DNA of 64,000 bases from Blastocatellia bacterium (GTDB taxonomy: Bacteria > Acidobacteriota > Blastocatellia > UBA7656): the NCBI GenBank assembly GCA_035248905.1, contig DATFGX010000007.1, positions 4,700-68,699 of the forward strand, written 5' to 3'. The position numbers and the translations under genes are program-made. The notes beneath the pieces were generated by a model. The model searched no databases. It was not told where the DNA came from and saw only the letters and a program-made list of their open reading frames with translations. Shown piece after piece: positions 44,610 to 52,831 of the stretch (position 1 is the stretch's first letter; every line of letters begins with the position of its first letter).

Positions 44610-46004
44610 ATGGCAGAGCAATCGGCAGGCTGGCAGATACCAGGCTTTCTCGAAACGCGCGCCGGCCACCTCACCGTTGATGGCCTGGACGCCATCGCAC
44701 TGATCGAGCAGTACGGCTCGCCGCTTTACGTCTTTTCTGAAAAGCGCCTCGCCGAACACGTCGGCTACCTGCGCCGCGCCATCGAAGCCGTGCACCCGCG
44801 CGTCAAGCTCTGCTACGCCTCGAAGGCGAACTCCAACATGGCCGTGCTCTCGGCTGTGCGCCGCGCCGGCGGCGACATCGAAGTCAACTCTGGCGGCGAG
44901 CTGCACAAGGCCCGCGTCGTCGGCTTTCGCCCCGATCAAATCGTTTTCAACGGCGTCTCGAAGACCGACGAAGAGATTCGCGCCGCCGTCGAATACGGCA
45001 TCCTCGCCCTCAACGTCGATTCATTGTTCGAGCTTGAGCAGGTGGCGCGCGTCGCCCGCTCTACGGGCAAGCGCGCCAACGTCGCGATTCGTATCGTGCC
45101 CGAAATCATCACGCGCTCGCACATCGGCTTGCAGACCGGCTTGCTGTCGTCGAAGTTCGGCCTATCGCCGGCGCAGATCGAAGAAGCCTTTCGCATCGCG
45201 CTCGCAAACCATGACGCCATCAACCTCGCGGGCGCGCACATCCACGTCGGCTCGCAGACGCCCGACCCGCAGCCGTTCGCCCGCGCCTTTGCGGAAATGT
45301 GGCTTTTCTTACTCGACCTCTACCGCAAGACCGGACACCGCCTTTCGCACATTAACATCGGCGGCGGGTTGCCGGTGAATTATTTGCAGGACACGCCGAT
45401 GGCCGAAAGTATCGGCGAGCGCGAGCGGCAGATGCTGTCGGCGACGCTCGACCCCGGCGAAGTCATGCGCGCCGCGATCAACGAAGCCGTGACCGGCTCT
45501 GAGCGCGCGCTGTTTGAAGAGCTGACGATCGTGATGGAGCCGGGCCGCCGCATCGTCGCCGACACAGGCTTGCTGCTCACGCGCGTCTGCAACGTCAAAG
45601 AGCGGCCCGAAACCGGCGACACCTGGCTGCTGACGGACGCGGGCTATTCGCTGGCGCTGTCGATGGCGATGTACAAATGGTATTACCATCTGGTCTCTGC
45701 GTCGCGCGCCGCTGAGGCGCACGCCCGGCCCTTCAAAGTCGCCGGGCCGCTATGTGATTCGGGCGATGTCTACTTCGACCTTGAGAAAGGCACGCGCCTG
45801 CCGAATTACCGTCTGTTGCCTGCGGCCACGACGGTGGGCGACGTGCTGGCGCTGTTGAACGCCGGCGCCTATGCGCTCGATCAAGCGTCGCAGTACAATG
45901 GCCGCCCGATACCGGCGGTCGTCATGATTACGGAAGCGGGCGAGGTGAAGTTGACCCGCCGCCGCCAGACCTACGAAGACCTTTACGCGCAAGACGAATG
46001 GTGA
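44610..46004 (+). CDS. PLP-dependent decarboxylase, Orn/DAP/Arg decarboxylase family (LysA-like)
   Basis: PLP-lysine region KLCYASKANSN. Also GGGLPVNY and CDSGDV motifs. GAGGAG RBS before MAEQSAG. Confidence 0.75.
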   Translation: MAEQSAGWQIPGFLETRAGHLTVDGLDAIALIEQYGSPLYVFSEKRLAEHVGYLRRAIEAVHPRVKLCYASKANSNMAVLSAVRRAGGDIEVNSGGELHKARVVGFRPDQIVFNGVSKTDEEIRAAVEYGILALNVDSLFELEQVARVARSTGKRANVAIRIVPEIITRSHIGLQTGLLSSKFGLSPAQIEEAFRIALANHDAINLAGAHIHVGSQTPDPQPFARAFAEMWLFLLDLYRKTGHRLSHINIGGGLPVNYLQDTPMAESIGERERQMLSATLDPGEVMRAAINEAVTGSERALFEELTIVMEPGRRIVADTGLLLTRVCNVKERPETGDTWLLTDAGYSLALSMAMYKWYYHLVSASRAAEAHARPFKVAGPLCDSGDVYFDLEKGTRLPNYRLLPAATTVGDVLALLNAGAYALDQASQYNGRPIPAVVMITEAGEVKLTRRRQTYEDLYAQDEW

Positions 46005-46060
46005 GATAATCGCGGCTCAGGTTGGTTTCCCCCACTTCGACTTAGGTAGATTAGATAGAG

Positions 46061-47209
46061 ATGAAACGCTCAGGCTGCCGTCGGCTTTTGCTGTCTTTTG
46101 CTATGGCTATACTGGTCGCCTGCTCGAAGCCTGCAATAGAGAATCCATTTACCTATCCGTTCATCAAAGAGATTCGTCTCGAAAGGAAAGCGGGCACCCC
46201 CTACAGCGAGTACAAGGCGCTCTATCTGCTGACGGAAGACTTCGAGCCGCAGGTCGACTCGGTCACCGACGTGGACTCGATGCGTGAGGGGCTGCGCTTC
46301 GCAGATGAATTGAGCAAGCAGTACAACATTCCCTGGACACATTTCATTGATGTGAACGTGCTGGCTCCAGCCTTCATCGGCGAAGACGCGGCGCTCGCCA
46401 GTCGCACGCGCGAGATGATCGCGGACCTCAAGACGATGGTGGCACGCGGCGACGACTGCCAGTTGCACCTGCACGGTGCAATGGACGAGCAACTGGTCGC
46501 CGCGCTCAAGCAGATAGAGAAGCTGCACGGCAAGGCCACCTGCAACAAGTCGATGAAGGCTTACCGCCAGCGCAACAGCTTCTTCTTCAACGCCTTTTAC
46601 AACCAGGGCTACCGCCAGATGGTGGTCAGTCTCCGCTACGGCAAGCGGCTGCTCGAACAGAGCATTTACGACAACAAACAGCCTGTGCTCGCGTTCCGCC
46701 CGGGCGGTTGGGACCACGGCAGTTCGATGCAGGACACGCGGCTGTATTACGCAGGGCTGCTTGCCGCCGGGCTGAGGGCCAACTCGGGACTCTCAATTGG
46801 CAACTTCGCCGCCACCAACTGGCGCGTCGGCAACGGCGTGGGGCACAACCTGGCGAGCGTCACCGTAGACGACAAGACATTGATCGAAGTGTCGCCGACG
46901 GCAGCGCCCGGCGGTTACGTCAACCCGGTCATCGCCACAAATATTCGCGAGCTGGCCGAGTCGGCAAAGAACAAAGATACGCTGCCGGTCATCGTCAGCG
47001 TCTACCACCTCAGCGGCCTGCAAAAGACCGCAGACCATGCCGCCGAAGCCGAAGCCCAGCCGGGTCCCGGTCAGCAAAGTATTGAGCAACAGCGCGACGC
47101 GCTTGAGCGCCACTTTCAATTGCTCGCCGAGCTGCGCGCACAGAAGATCATCTACCCGATCACCCTGCGAGAGCTGTTGGCGCTCGTAGCCGGTGATGAA
47201 TCGAAATAA
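46061..47209 (+). CDS. Hypothetical lipoprotein
   Basis: Lipobox MAILVACS. No confident domain. There is a possible deacetylase-like DxxxHLHG motif. Confidence 0.45.
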   Translation: MKRSGCRRLLLSFAMAILVACSKPAIENPFTYPFIKEIRLERKAGTPYSEYKALYLLTEDFEPQVDSVTDVDSMREGLRFADELSKQYNIPWTHFIDVNVLAPAFIGEDAALASRTREMIADLKTMVARGDDCQLHLHGAMDEQLVAALKQIEKLHGKATCNKSMKAYRQRNSFFFNAFYNQGYRQMVVSLRYGKRLLEQSIYDNKQPVLAFRPGGWDHGSSMQDTRLYYAGLLAAGLRANSGLSIGNFAATNWRVGNGVGHNLASVTVDDKTLIEVSPTAAPGGYVNPVIATNIRELAESAKNKDTLPVIVSVYHLSGLQKTADHAAEAEAQPGPGQQSIEQQRDALERHFQLLAELRAQKIIYPITLRELLALVAGDESK

Positions 47210-47359
47210 ATCAGCGTGGCGGCGCCGTCGCGCGTTTGCTGGCGAAAATCTGCAAACCCGCGCGCCTGCCTGCCGGAACGCCGCTTGCAATTTTTAGCCT
47301 TCTCGCCTGCCAGTGGACGGAAGTCGAGCAGGCGGAGCTTACTTCTTTTTCGAGGAGTG

Positions 47360-47677
47360 ATGATGATGCGAAGAATCAGTCAAATGATCTTGAGCGCCGC
47401 GATGCTGGTGACCCTGGCCGTGGCGACGCCTTTTGCGCTGGCGCAGGACGACACACAGAAGGGCAAGCCGACCGTCAAGGGGCAGATGAAGGAAGGCACC
47501 AAAGAGATGGGCAAGGCCGGCAAGAGCCTCGGCCACAACGTCAAGCACGGGCGCATTGTGCGCGGCGGCAAACACTTCGGCAAACACGTCTATCACGGCG
47601 GCAAGCACTACGCTAAAGGCTCGAAGCGAGCCACCGAGAAATCAGCCGACAAGGTCAAGAAAGCCGTCAAGCCGTAA
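47360..47677 (+). CDS. Small secreted Lys/His-rich basic protein
   Basis: GAGGAG RBS, then MMMRRISQMILSAAMLVTLAVATPFALAQD (signal peptide). Mature part has repeated GKH/KHG units. A terminator follows. Confidence 0.45.
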   Translation: MMMRRISQMILSAAMLVTLAVATPFALAQDDTQKGKPTVKGQMKEGTKEMGKAGKSLGHNVKHGRIVRGGKHFGKHVYHGGKHYAKGSKRATEKSADKVKKAVKP

Positions 47678-47680
47678 GCC

Positions 47681-47703
47681 GGCAACGCCACTCGGCGTTT
47701 TGT
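47681..47703 (+). terminator. Rho-independent terminator (AACGCC-actc-GGCGTT TTTGTG)
   Basis: Hairpin plus T-run lie 4 nt after the stop of the small K/H-rich gene. Confidence 0.5.
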
Positions 47704-47714
47704 GACTCTCCTGC

Positions 47715-47757
47715 ACAGAAAGAAAAAACGGGGGTGGGTCTCAGCGACCTACCCCCG
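47715..47757 (-). terminator. Rho-independent terminator for the 946 aa HYR-protein gene (CGGGGGTAGGTC-loop-GACCCACCCCCG + T7)
   Basis: On the minus strand there is a GC-rich 11-12 bp stem followed by TTTTTTCTTTCT, about 50 nt after the gene stop. Confidence 0.7.
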
Positions 47758-47807
47758 TGAGTGTAGAGGACCCTTCCTCACACAAATCCTTCAAAGCTGC
47801 GATGCGC

Positions 47808-50591
47808 TCACGGACACTTACAGCTATTGTTGCGGATGTCGCGGTCAGAGATCGTGCAGCGCAGCACCCCCGGCGGCGTCTGCAAGCTGGCCGTGCCGCG
47901 GAAACTCGCCTTGTCTACCGTCGCTTGCACGCGGCGGTCAGTCGTGACGTGCTGCAAGCTGATCGTGCAGCCTTGCACTATCACCTTGCCTTTGCCTGTG
48001 AAGACCGTCCCGCCACAGCAGAAGCGATAATCGCCGGTCTGTGAGTTGAACAGCAGCACCGTCGCCGGGTTCGAGTCGTCCTGCATGCATGTGTCGAAGG
48101 TCGTCACCGTGAAGCTGCACGAGGCGGTGTTGCCGCTGGTGTCGGTCGCCGTGCAGGTCACGGTCGTAGAGCCTATGGGGAAGGTCGAGCCACTGGCTGG
48201 CGTGCAACTCGTCGTCACCCCTGGGCAGTTGTCTGTGGCCACAGGCGGCGGGTAAGTCACCACGCTGCTGCCGGTCGGCGGACAGGTCTGCGCCGTCACC
48301 GACGTGACATTGGCCGGGCAAGTGATCGAAGGCGGCTGCGTGTCGTTGACCGTTACCGTGAACTGACAGCTCGGCCCGGACGATGATGTACAAGTCACGG
48401 TCGTCGTGCCCTTGGGGAAGAACGAGCCGGAGGCCGGCGAGCAGGTGATGGTGCCGCAGGAACCATTGGCCGTGGGCGCCGGATAAGTGACGGTAGCGCC
48501 GCACTGGTTGGGATCGTTCGACTGGGTGACGTTGGCAGGGCAGGTGATCGATGTGCAGTTACTGACGGTGATGGTGAAGCTGCACATCGCGGTGTTGCTG
48601 TGGGCGTCGGTGGCGGTGCAGGTGACGGTGGTGGTGCCGACATTGAAGCAAGTGCCCGAAGGCGGCGAGCACATTGCAGTCGCCCCCGGGCAGTTGTCGC
48701 TGACGGTGCCACCGGCCACAGATGGCGTCGTATAGTTGACGACCTGGCAGGTGGCGCCGGGGACGGTCTGGTTCGGCGGGCAGGTGATGGTCGGCGGCTG
48801 CGTGTCGTTGACCGTGACGGTGAACGAGCAGCTCGGGCCGGATGAATCCATACAGGTGACGGTGGAGGTGCCGACGGGGAAGAATGAGCCGCTGGTCGGC
48901 GAGCAACTGATCGTGCCTGTGCAAGTCGTGCCGCTCTCTGTGGGGTTGGAGAAGGTGGCGACGGCACCGCACTGGTTGGGGTCGTTGGATTTAATGATGT
49001 TCGCAGGACAGGTCAACGTACAGTCGGGGGCGGTATTCAGGAAGCGCGCCACGAAAAAGTCAACGCCCGACCCGCTTACCGTGGAGATGCCACCGCCGAC
49101 CAGTATCTTGCCGTCTGACTGGAGAGCGCCGCCATGTAGACCGACTGGATTAGGAAAATTGTCTTGCCCCGCGGTCTGACCGAGATGGTTGAGCACCTTG
49201 CCGCCGGTGCCGAAGCCACTGTCGAGACTGCCATCGGTGCCATTATAGCGAGCGAGCGCGACATTATTCGGCGGCATATCGATGTCTCCCGACGACATGC
49301 CGACCAGGATGATCTTGCCGTTCGACGTCAATCCCACAAAGCTCAGCGAGTCCTGCCTCAGCGCTCCCCCACCGGAGAAATCGGTGGTGACCTTTCCGCC
49401 CGTGCCAAAGGAGTCGCCTGGCGTCGTGTCGCCCGCCCCGCCGTCGTCGAGCGAGCCATCGACGTTGTAGCGCGCCATGCCAAAATCGTCTGTGCCACTA
49501 TTGCCGATATGGTTCACCACCCCGGCAGCGATAATCTTGCCGTCCGACTGAAGGACAACCGACCTGGCATTGTCCACCGCCGAGAAGTTCGTCGTGACGA
49601 TGCCTGTGTGCGTCGGCCCGAAACCGGTCATGGGATCATTGTCGAGGCTGCCGTCAGAGTTAAAGCGTGCAACAAAGAAATCATTTGTTGCGCTCTGGCC
49701 GACGACAATGAATTTGCCCGCTTGCGGTCCCGAAGTATACAACGCAATATCGCCGGGGGTTCCCAGCAAAGGGTTCGTCGTCGTGTTGAACGAAACCAGC
49801 CCGCCCGTACCAAACGTGTTGTCCAGCATACCATTCGTGTTGAGACGAGCGAGCGCCATATAGGAGATGAGGTTGCCGCTCATTGAGTCATATTGAAATG
49901 CGGTTCCGGCGACGACAATCTTCCCATCCGGCTGGATGACGACGGCATTTGCGGCGTCGTCACAACCGAAGAAATCGATGGTCTTTTTGCCACCGCAAGG
50001 CGCGCTGCCGCAAGGATTGAAAGTAGTATCGGGGCTGCCATCGGCATTGTAGACGGCGACGGCGATGTCTGTGCTATTGGTATTGAAGCCGCAGGGGGCG
50101 CTGGGATTGTCGGCGCTGCCGACCGCCACGATCTTGTCCGTCGCGGTGATGGCCAGATCGAGTAGCTGGTCGGAGGAGCCTCTAAAATCCGTAATGGCGA
50201 TGCCACTGCTGCCGAATGAGGTATCCAGCACGCCGGTGCTGCTATAGCGAGTCAGGGCGAAATTGATGCCATTGGCACCCCCCTGGTCGGAGCCACCGGC
50301 GACGATCTTGCCGGCGTTGGGGCTAAGGGTCTGAATGCCGAGCGCATTCACCCGACTGTTGTGACTCGCGCCCAAGTTGGTGCGCGCCACGCCTGGGGTC
50401 GGACCCGCGGTGGCGAAGGTAGCGGTGTCGAGGTCGCCGTCGGCGGCTGGCGCGACCGGCGGTTTTTTCTTCTGGATGAGAGCCGCCTGCCCGCCGCTCG
50501 GCATGAAAGAGGCCAGTGATGTCAAGGCAAGAACCAGAGCCAACACCAGCGGGATTCGCTTTGAACTGCTCATCAAACGGTATCTGATCAT
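47808..50591 (-). CDS. Secreted protein with delta-60-type beta-propeller repeats, HYR (hyalin-repeat) domains and a conserved Cys-rich C-terminal domain
   Basis: AGGAAGGAGAAA RBS. Signal peptide MIRYRLMSSSKRIPLVLALVLALTSLASF. Repeated FGTGG...DF...GKI(V/I)...G units. Two or three ~80 aa HYR-like units (TCP/SCS/TVTV patterns). The C-terminal 95 aa are homologous to the C-terminus of the 1933 aa protein. Confidence 0.7.
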   Translation of the reverse strand: MIRYRLMSSSKRIPLVLALVLALTSLASFMPSGGQAALIQKKKPPVAPAADGDLDTATFATAGPTPGVARTNLGASHNSRVNALGIQTLSPNAGKIVAGGSDQGGANGINFALTRYSSTGVLDTSFGSSGIAITDFRGSSDQLLDLAITATDKIVAVGSADNPSAPCGFNTNSTDIAVAVYNADGSPDTTFNPCGSAPCGGKKTIDFFGCDDAANAVVIQPDGKIVVAGTAFQYDSMSGNLISYMALARLNTNGMLDNTFGTGGLVSFNTTTNPLLGTPGDIALYTSGPQAGKFIVVGQSATNDFFVARFNSDGSLDNDPMTGFGPTHTGIVTTNFSAVDNARSVVLQSDGKIIAAGVVNHIGNSGTDDFGMARYNVDGSLDDGGAGDTTPGDSFGTGGKVTTDFSGGGALRQDSLSFVGLTSNGKIILVGMSSGDIDMPPNNVALARYNGTDGSLDSGFGTGGKVLNHLGQTAGQDNFPNPVGLHGGALQSDGKILVGGGISTVSGSGVDFFVARFLNTAPDCTLTCPANIIKSNDPNQCGAVATFSNPTESGTTCTGTISCSPTSGSFFPVGTSTVTCMDSSGPSCSFTVTVNDTQPPTITCPPNQTVPGATCQVVNYTTPSVAGGTVSDNCPGATAMCSPPSGTCFNVGTTTVTCTATDAHSNTAMCSFTITVSNCTSITCPANVTQSNDPNQCGATVTYPAPTANGSCGTITCSPASGSFFPKGTTTVTCTSSSGPSCQFTVTVNDTQPPSITCPANVTSVTAQTCPPTGSSVVTYPPPVATDNCPGVTTSCTPASGSTFPIGSTTVTCTATDTSGNTASCSFTVTTFDTCMQDDSNPATVLLFNSQTGDYRFCCGGTVFTGKGKVIVQGCTISLQHVTTDRRVQATVDKASFRGTASLQTPPGVLRCTISDRDIRNNSCKCP

Positions 50592-50819
50592 GGGTCGGTT
50601 TCTCCTTCCTGAAAAGCCCTTAATGAACGTTCTACGGAGGCTTGGCAAAGCATCACCAGCGCTTCGAAAATTACCTCAAAGCTCACGCCGAAATGCCTTT
50701 TAACGAAGGGGGAACTATATCTGTTTTCTCATCTAAGAAACGTGGCAAAACCGCTCGCAAAAATCATACGGACGAGTTCTCATGGCGTGTTATGATGACG
50801 AAGCTTGAGACAAACCTTC

Positions 50820-52823
50820 ATGGCTACGATCACGCCCTTAAATGAACTGCTGACCAGCGCCTTTGAGCTTGCCTATTTCATCGTCGGTGACCGGACGATT
50901 GCCATCTATGTGGCGATGGCGGCTGTAGACAAGCTGCAAGTCGCCGCCCTGGCCCAGGATCGCCGCCTCGACTACACCCCCGTCGGACGCTTCACGCAAC
51001 CGGCCATCAGGACGAAGATCAATCTCAGCGAAATTCATCTTCTACAGCGCCTCGTCTATGTGGAGTCCGAACCTTTCGAGAGATTGCTTGAGGGACAGCA
51101 GCGCTCGCTGCAAGAAGACATGATCATTCGTTTCGTCAAGCACCTGGTGCGGGTGACGATCAAACACAACTCTTTCTACCTGGCGCTCGGCCTCTGCCGC
51201 CTGCTTTATAATTACTCCACGACGGAGACGGCGGAAGTTTATAATCTCGTCATCCAGGACCCGGATCGCGCCAAGGATGATTACTACTACCGCTCGCGCA
51301 AAAAGTATTTGATCGAGGAGATGAAGCAACGCTTCGGCGATTCGCTGAACACCTATCGCGGCCACCGCGGCGAAGAGCGGTTCGAAGTCCAGGAAGGCTC
51401 GGCGGCGTATATCGGCCTGGTCGAAGCCTGCCTCCGCCGCTTTACGCCCTGGCAGTCGGCTTGTGTCCTGCCGGCTGAGTTTGACTCGCACAAGAGTATT
51501 ATCACGCCGCTGCTGTTTGAGGGCGGGAACCCGGACGAGGAGCATCAGGTTGAGTTGAACCGCATACACACCTTGCTGCACCCTGACTGCTTCCAAAGAT
51601 TGATCGCCAATCTCGGCCTTGATGACCCGCCGCGGCGATTAGAGATCCCACAGTTTTTTGCGCCCGCCGACGAGCCGCCGCTATCGGGTGATCGTTTCAA
51701 CCCCGGCGCCCTCGACGAAGCCGAACTGGAGGCGGTGAAACGCTACCTGGAAAGGAATGGGGGCCGCAGAAAGCAGACGTCTGGAAAGCTACTCGCCGTT
51801 CTGGTTGATGGGTATGGCCGGGCGCGCCTGGAGGTCGAGAGCACTGCCGGGACGCAATTCGAGTTGGAAGCCGACGCCGAATTGATCGAGGTGAGCAGCG
51901 TTGAATCGGGCGAAGCGGTGCCGCTGGCCATCCATCCGCTCACCCGCGGTGAGTCAGGGATTTTGCCCTCAAACTTCTCCCTGCTGTTGGGCAGCGGGCA
52001 AATACTGAGCTTCGAGGTCCAGGCTCCAAAGCCACCCGCCGGCGAAACGGCTGGCGCCATGGTTTGCATTCGCCGTGATCAGGATCACGCTTTCAGCCTC
52101 GGTTCCTGGCTGCGCCACAAGTTGGGGCTACAAGGCGACGAACGGCCCGGCTCCATGCGCTGGGGCGGCAGCCCCGCTCTCAGGTTCGGGCTAGCGGCTC
52201 TGCTCGTGATGATCGCTCTGCTGAGCTTGTGGATCTATTTACAATCCGGGGGGCGGTCGCACACCCCGACGCTGGTTGCCGAAGAAAGACAACCCGACCA
52301 GCCAGTCTCCCCTTCGCCCGCGCCGCCGCCATCTCCGCAAGCCGGAAGCGGGCCGGCATCGCCGGGCAATCGACGGCAGAAGCCTGAGGCGCAAGGCTCA
52401 GGTCACGCTTCTGCCGCAAATACAGGGCGAGCCAGTGAGTCAACCAGAGGGCTGGAATTCGTGTCGGATCCCAAGATGCTGCTGACGGTCAAACGCGTCT
52501 ATGTTGACCCGCTCGGCAGCCAGCCGTTAAGCCAGCGCGTGCGCCAGGCGCTGATCGCGGGGCTGCAATCGAGCAATCGCTTTGTGGTCGTTGAACGCCG
52601 CGACGACGCGGACGCAGTGTTCAAGGGGGTGGCCATCCCAGGAGACGCGAGCAGCCGGCAAGGGGCATTGGTCTTGCGTCTGGTCAACGCCGAAGGCGAG
52701 GTGCTATGGCCGCTGGCGCGACCGGCGGCGGGCCGAAAATATACAGGCGCTGCGGAAGAGATTGCCGCCCTCGTGTTGAAGGCGTTGCTGAGTGACATTG
52801 CGAGATTAGAGCCGGCGCGCTAG
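50820..52823 (+). CDS. Hypothetical bitopic membrane protein: ~450 aa cytoplasmic domain, one TM, Pro-rich linker, periplasmic TolB-N-like domain
   Basis: TM helix RFGLAALLVMIALLSLWIYL. The C-terminal segment LTVKRVYVDPLGSQPLSQRVRQALIAGLQSSNRFVVVERRD...LVLRLVNAEGEVLWPL resembles the sensor domain of the two kinases. N-terminal function unknown. Confidence 0.45.
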   Translation: MATITPLNELLTSAFELAYFIVGDRTIAIYVAMAAVDKLQVAALAQDRRLDYTPVGRFTQPAIRTKINLSEIHLLQRLVYVESEPFERLLEGQQRSLQEDMIIRFVKHLVRVTIKHNSFYLALGLCRLLYNYSTTETAEVYNLVIQDPDRAKDDYYYRSRKKYLIEEMKQRFGDSLNTYRGHRGEERFEVQEGSAAYIGLVEACLRRFTPWQSACVLPAEFDSHKSIITPLLFEGGNPDEEHQVELNRIHTLLHPDCFQRLIANLGLDDPPRRLEIPQFFAPADEPPLSGDRFNPGALDEAELEAVKRYLERNGGRRKQTSGKLLAVLVDGYGRARLEVESTAGTQFELEADAELIEVSSVESGEAVPLAIHPLTRGESGILPSNFSLLLGSGQILSFEVQAPKPPAGETAGAMVCIRRDQDHAFSLGSWLRHKLGLQGDERPGSMRWGGSPALRFGLAALLVMIALLSLWIYLQSGGRSHTPTLVAEERQPDQPVSPSPAPPPSPQAGSGPASPGNRRQKPEAQGSGHASAANTGRASESTRGLEFVSDPKMLLTVKRVYVDPLGSQPLSQRVRQALIAGLQSSNRFVVVERRDDADAVFKGVAIPGDASSRQGALVLRLVNAEGEVLWPLARPAAGRKYTGAAEEIAALVLKALLSDIARLEPAR

Positions 52824-52831
52824 CCGCCCAA

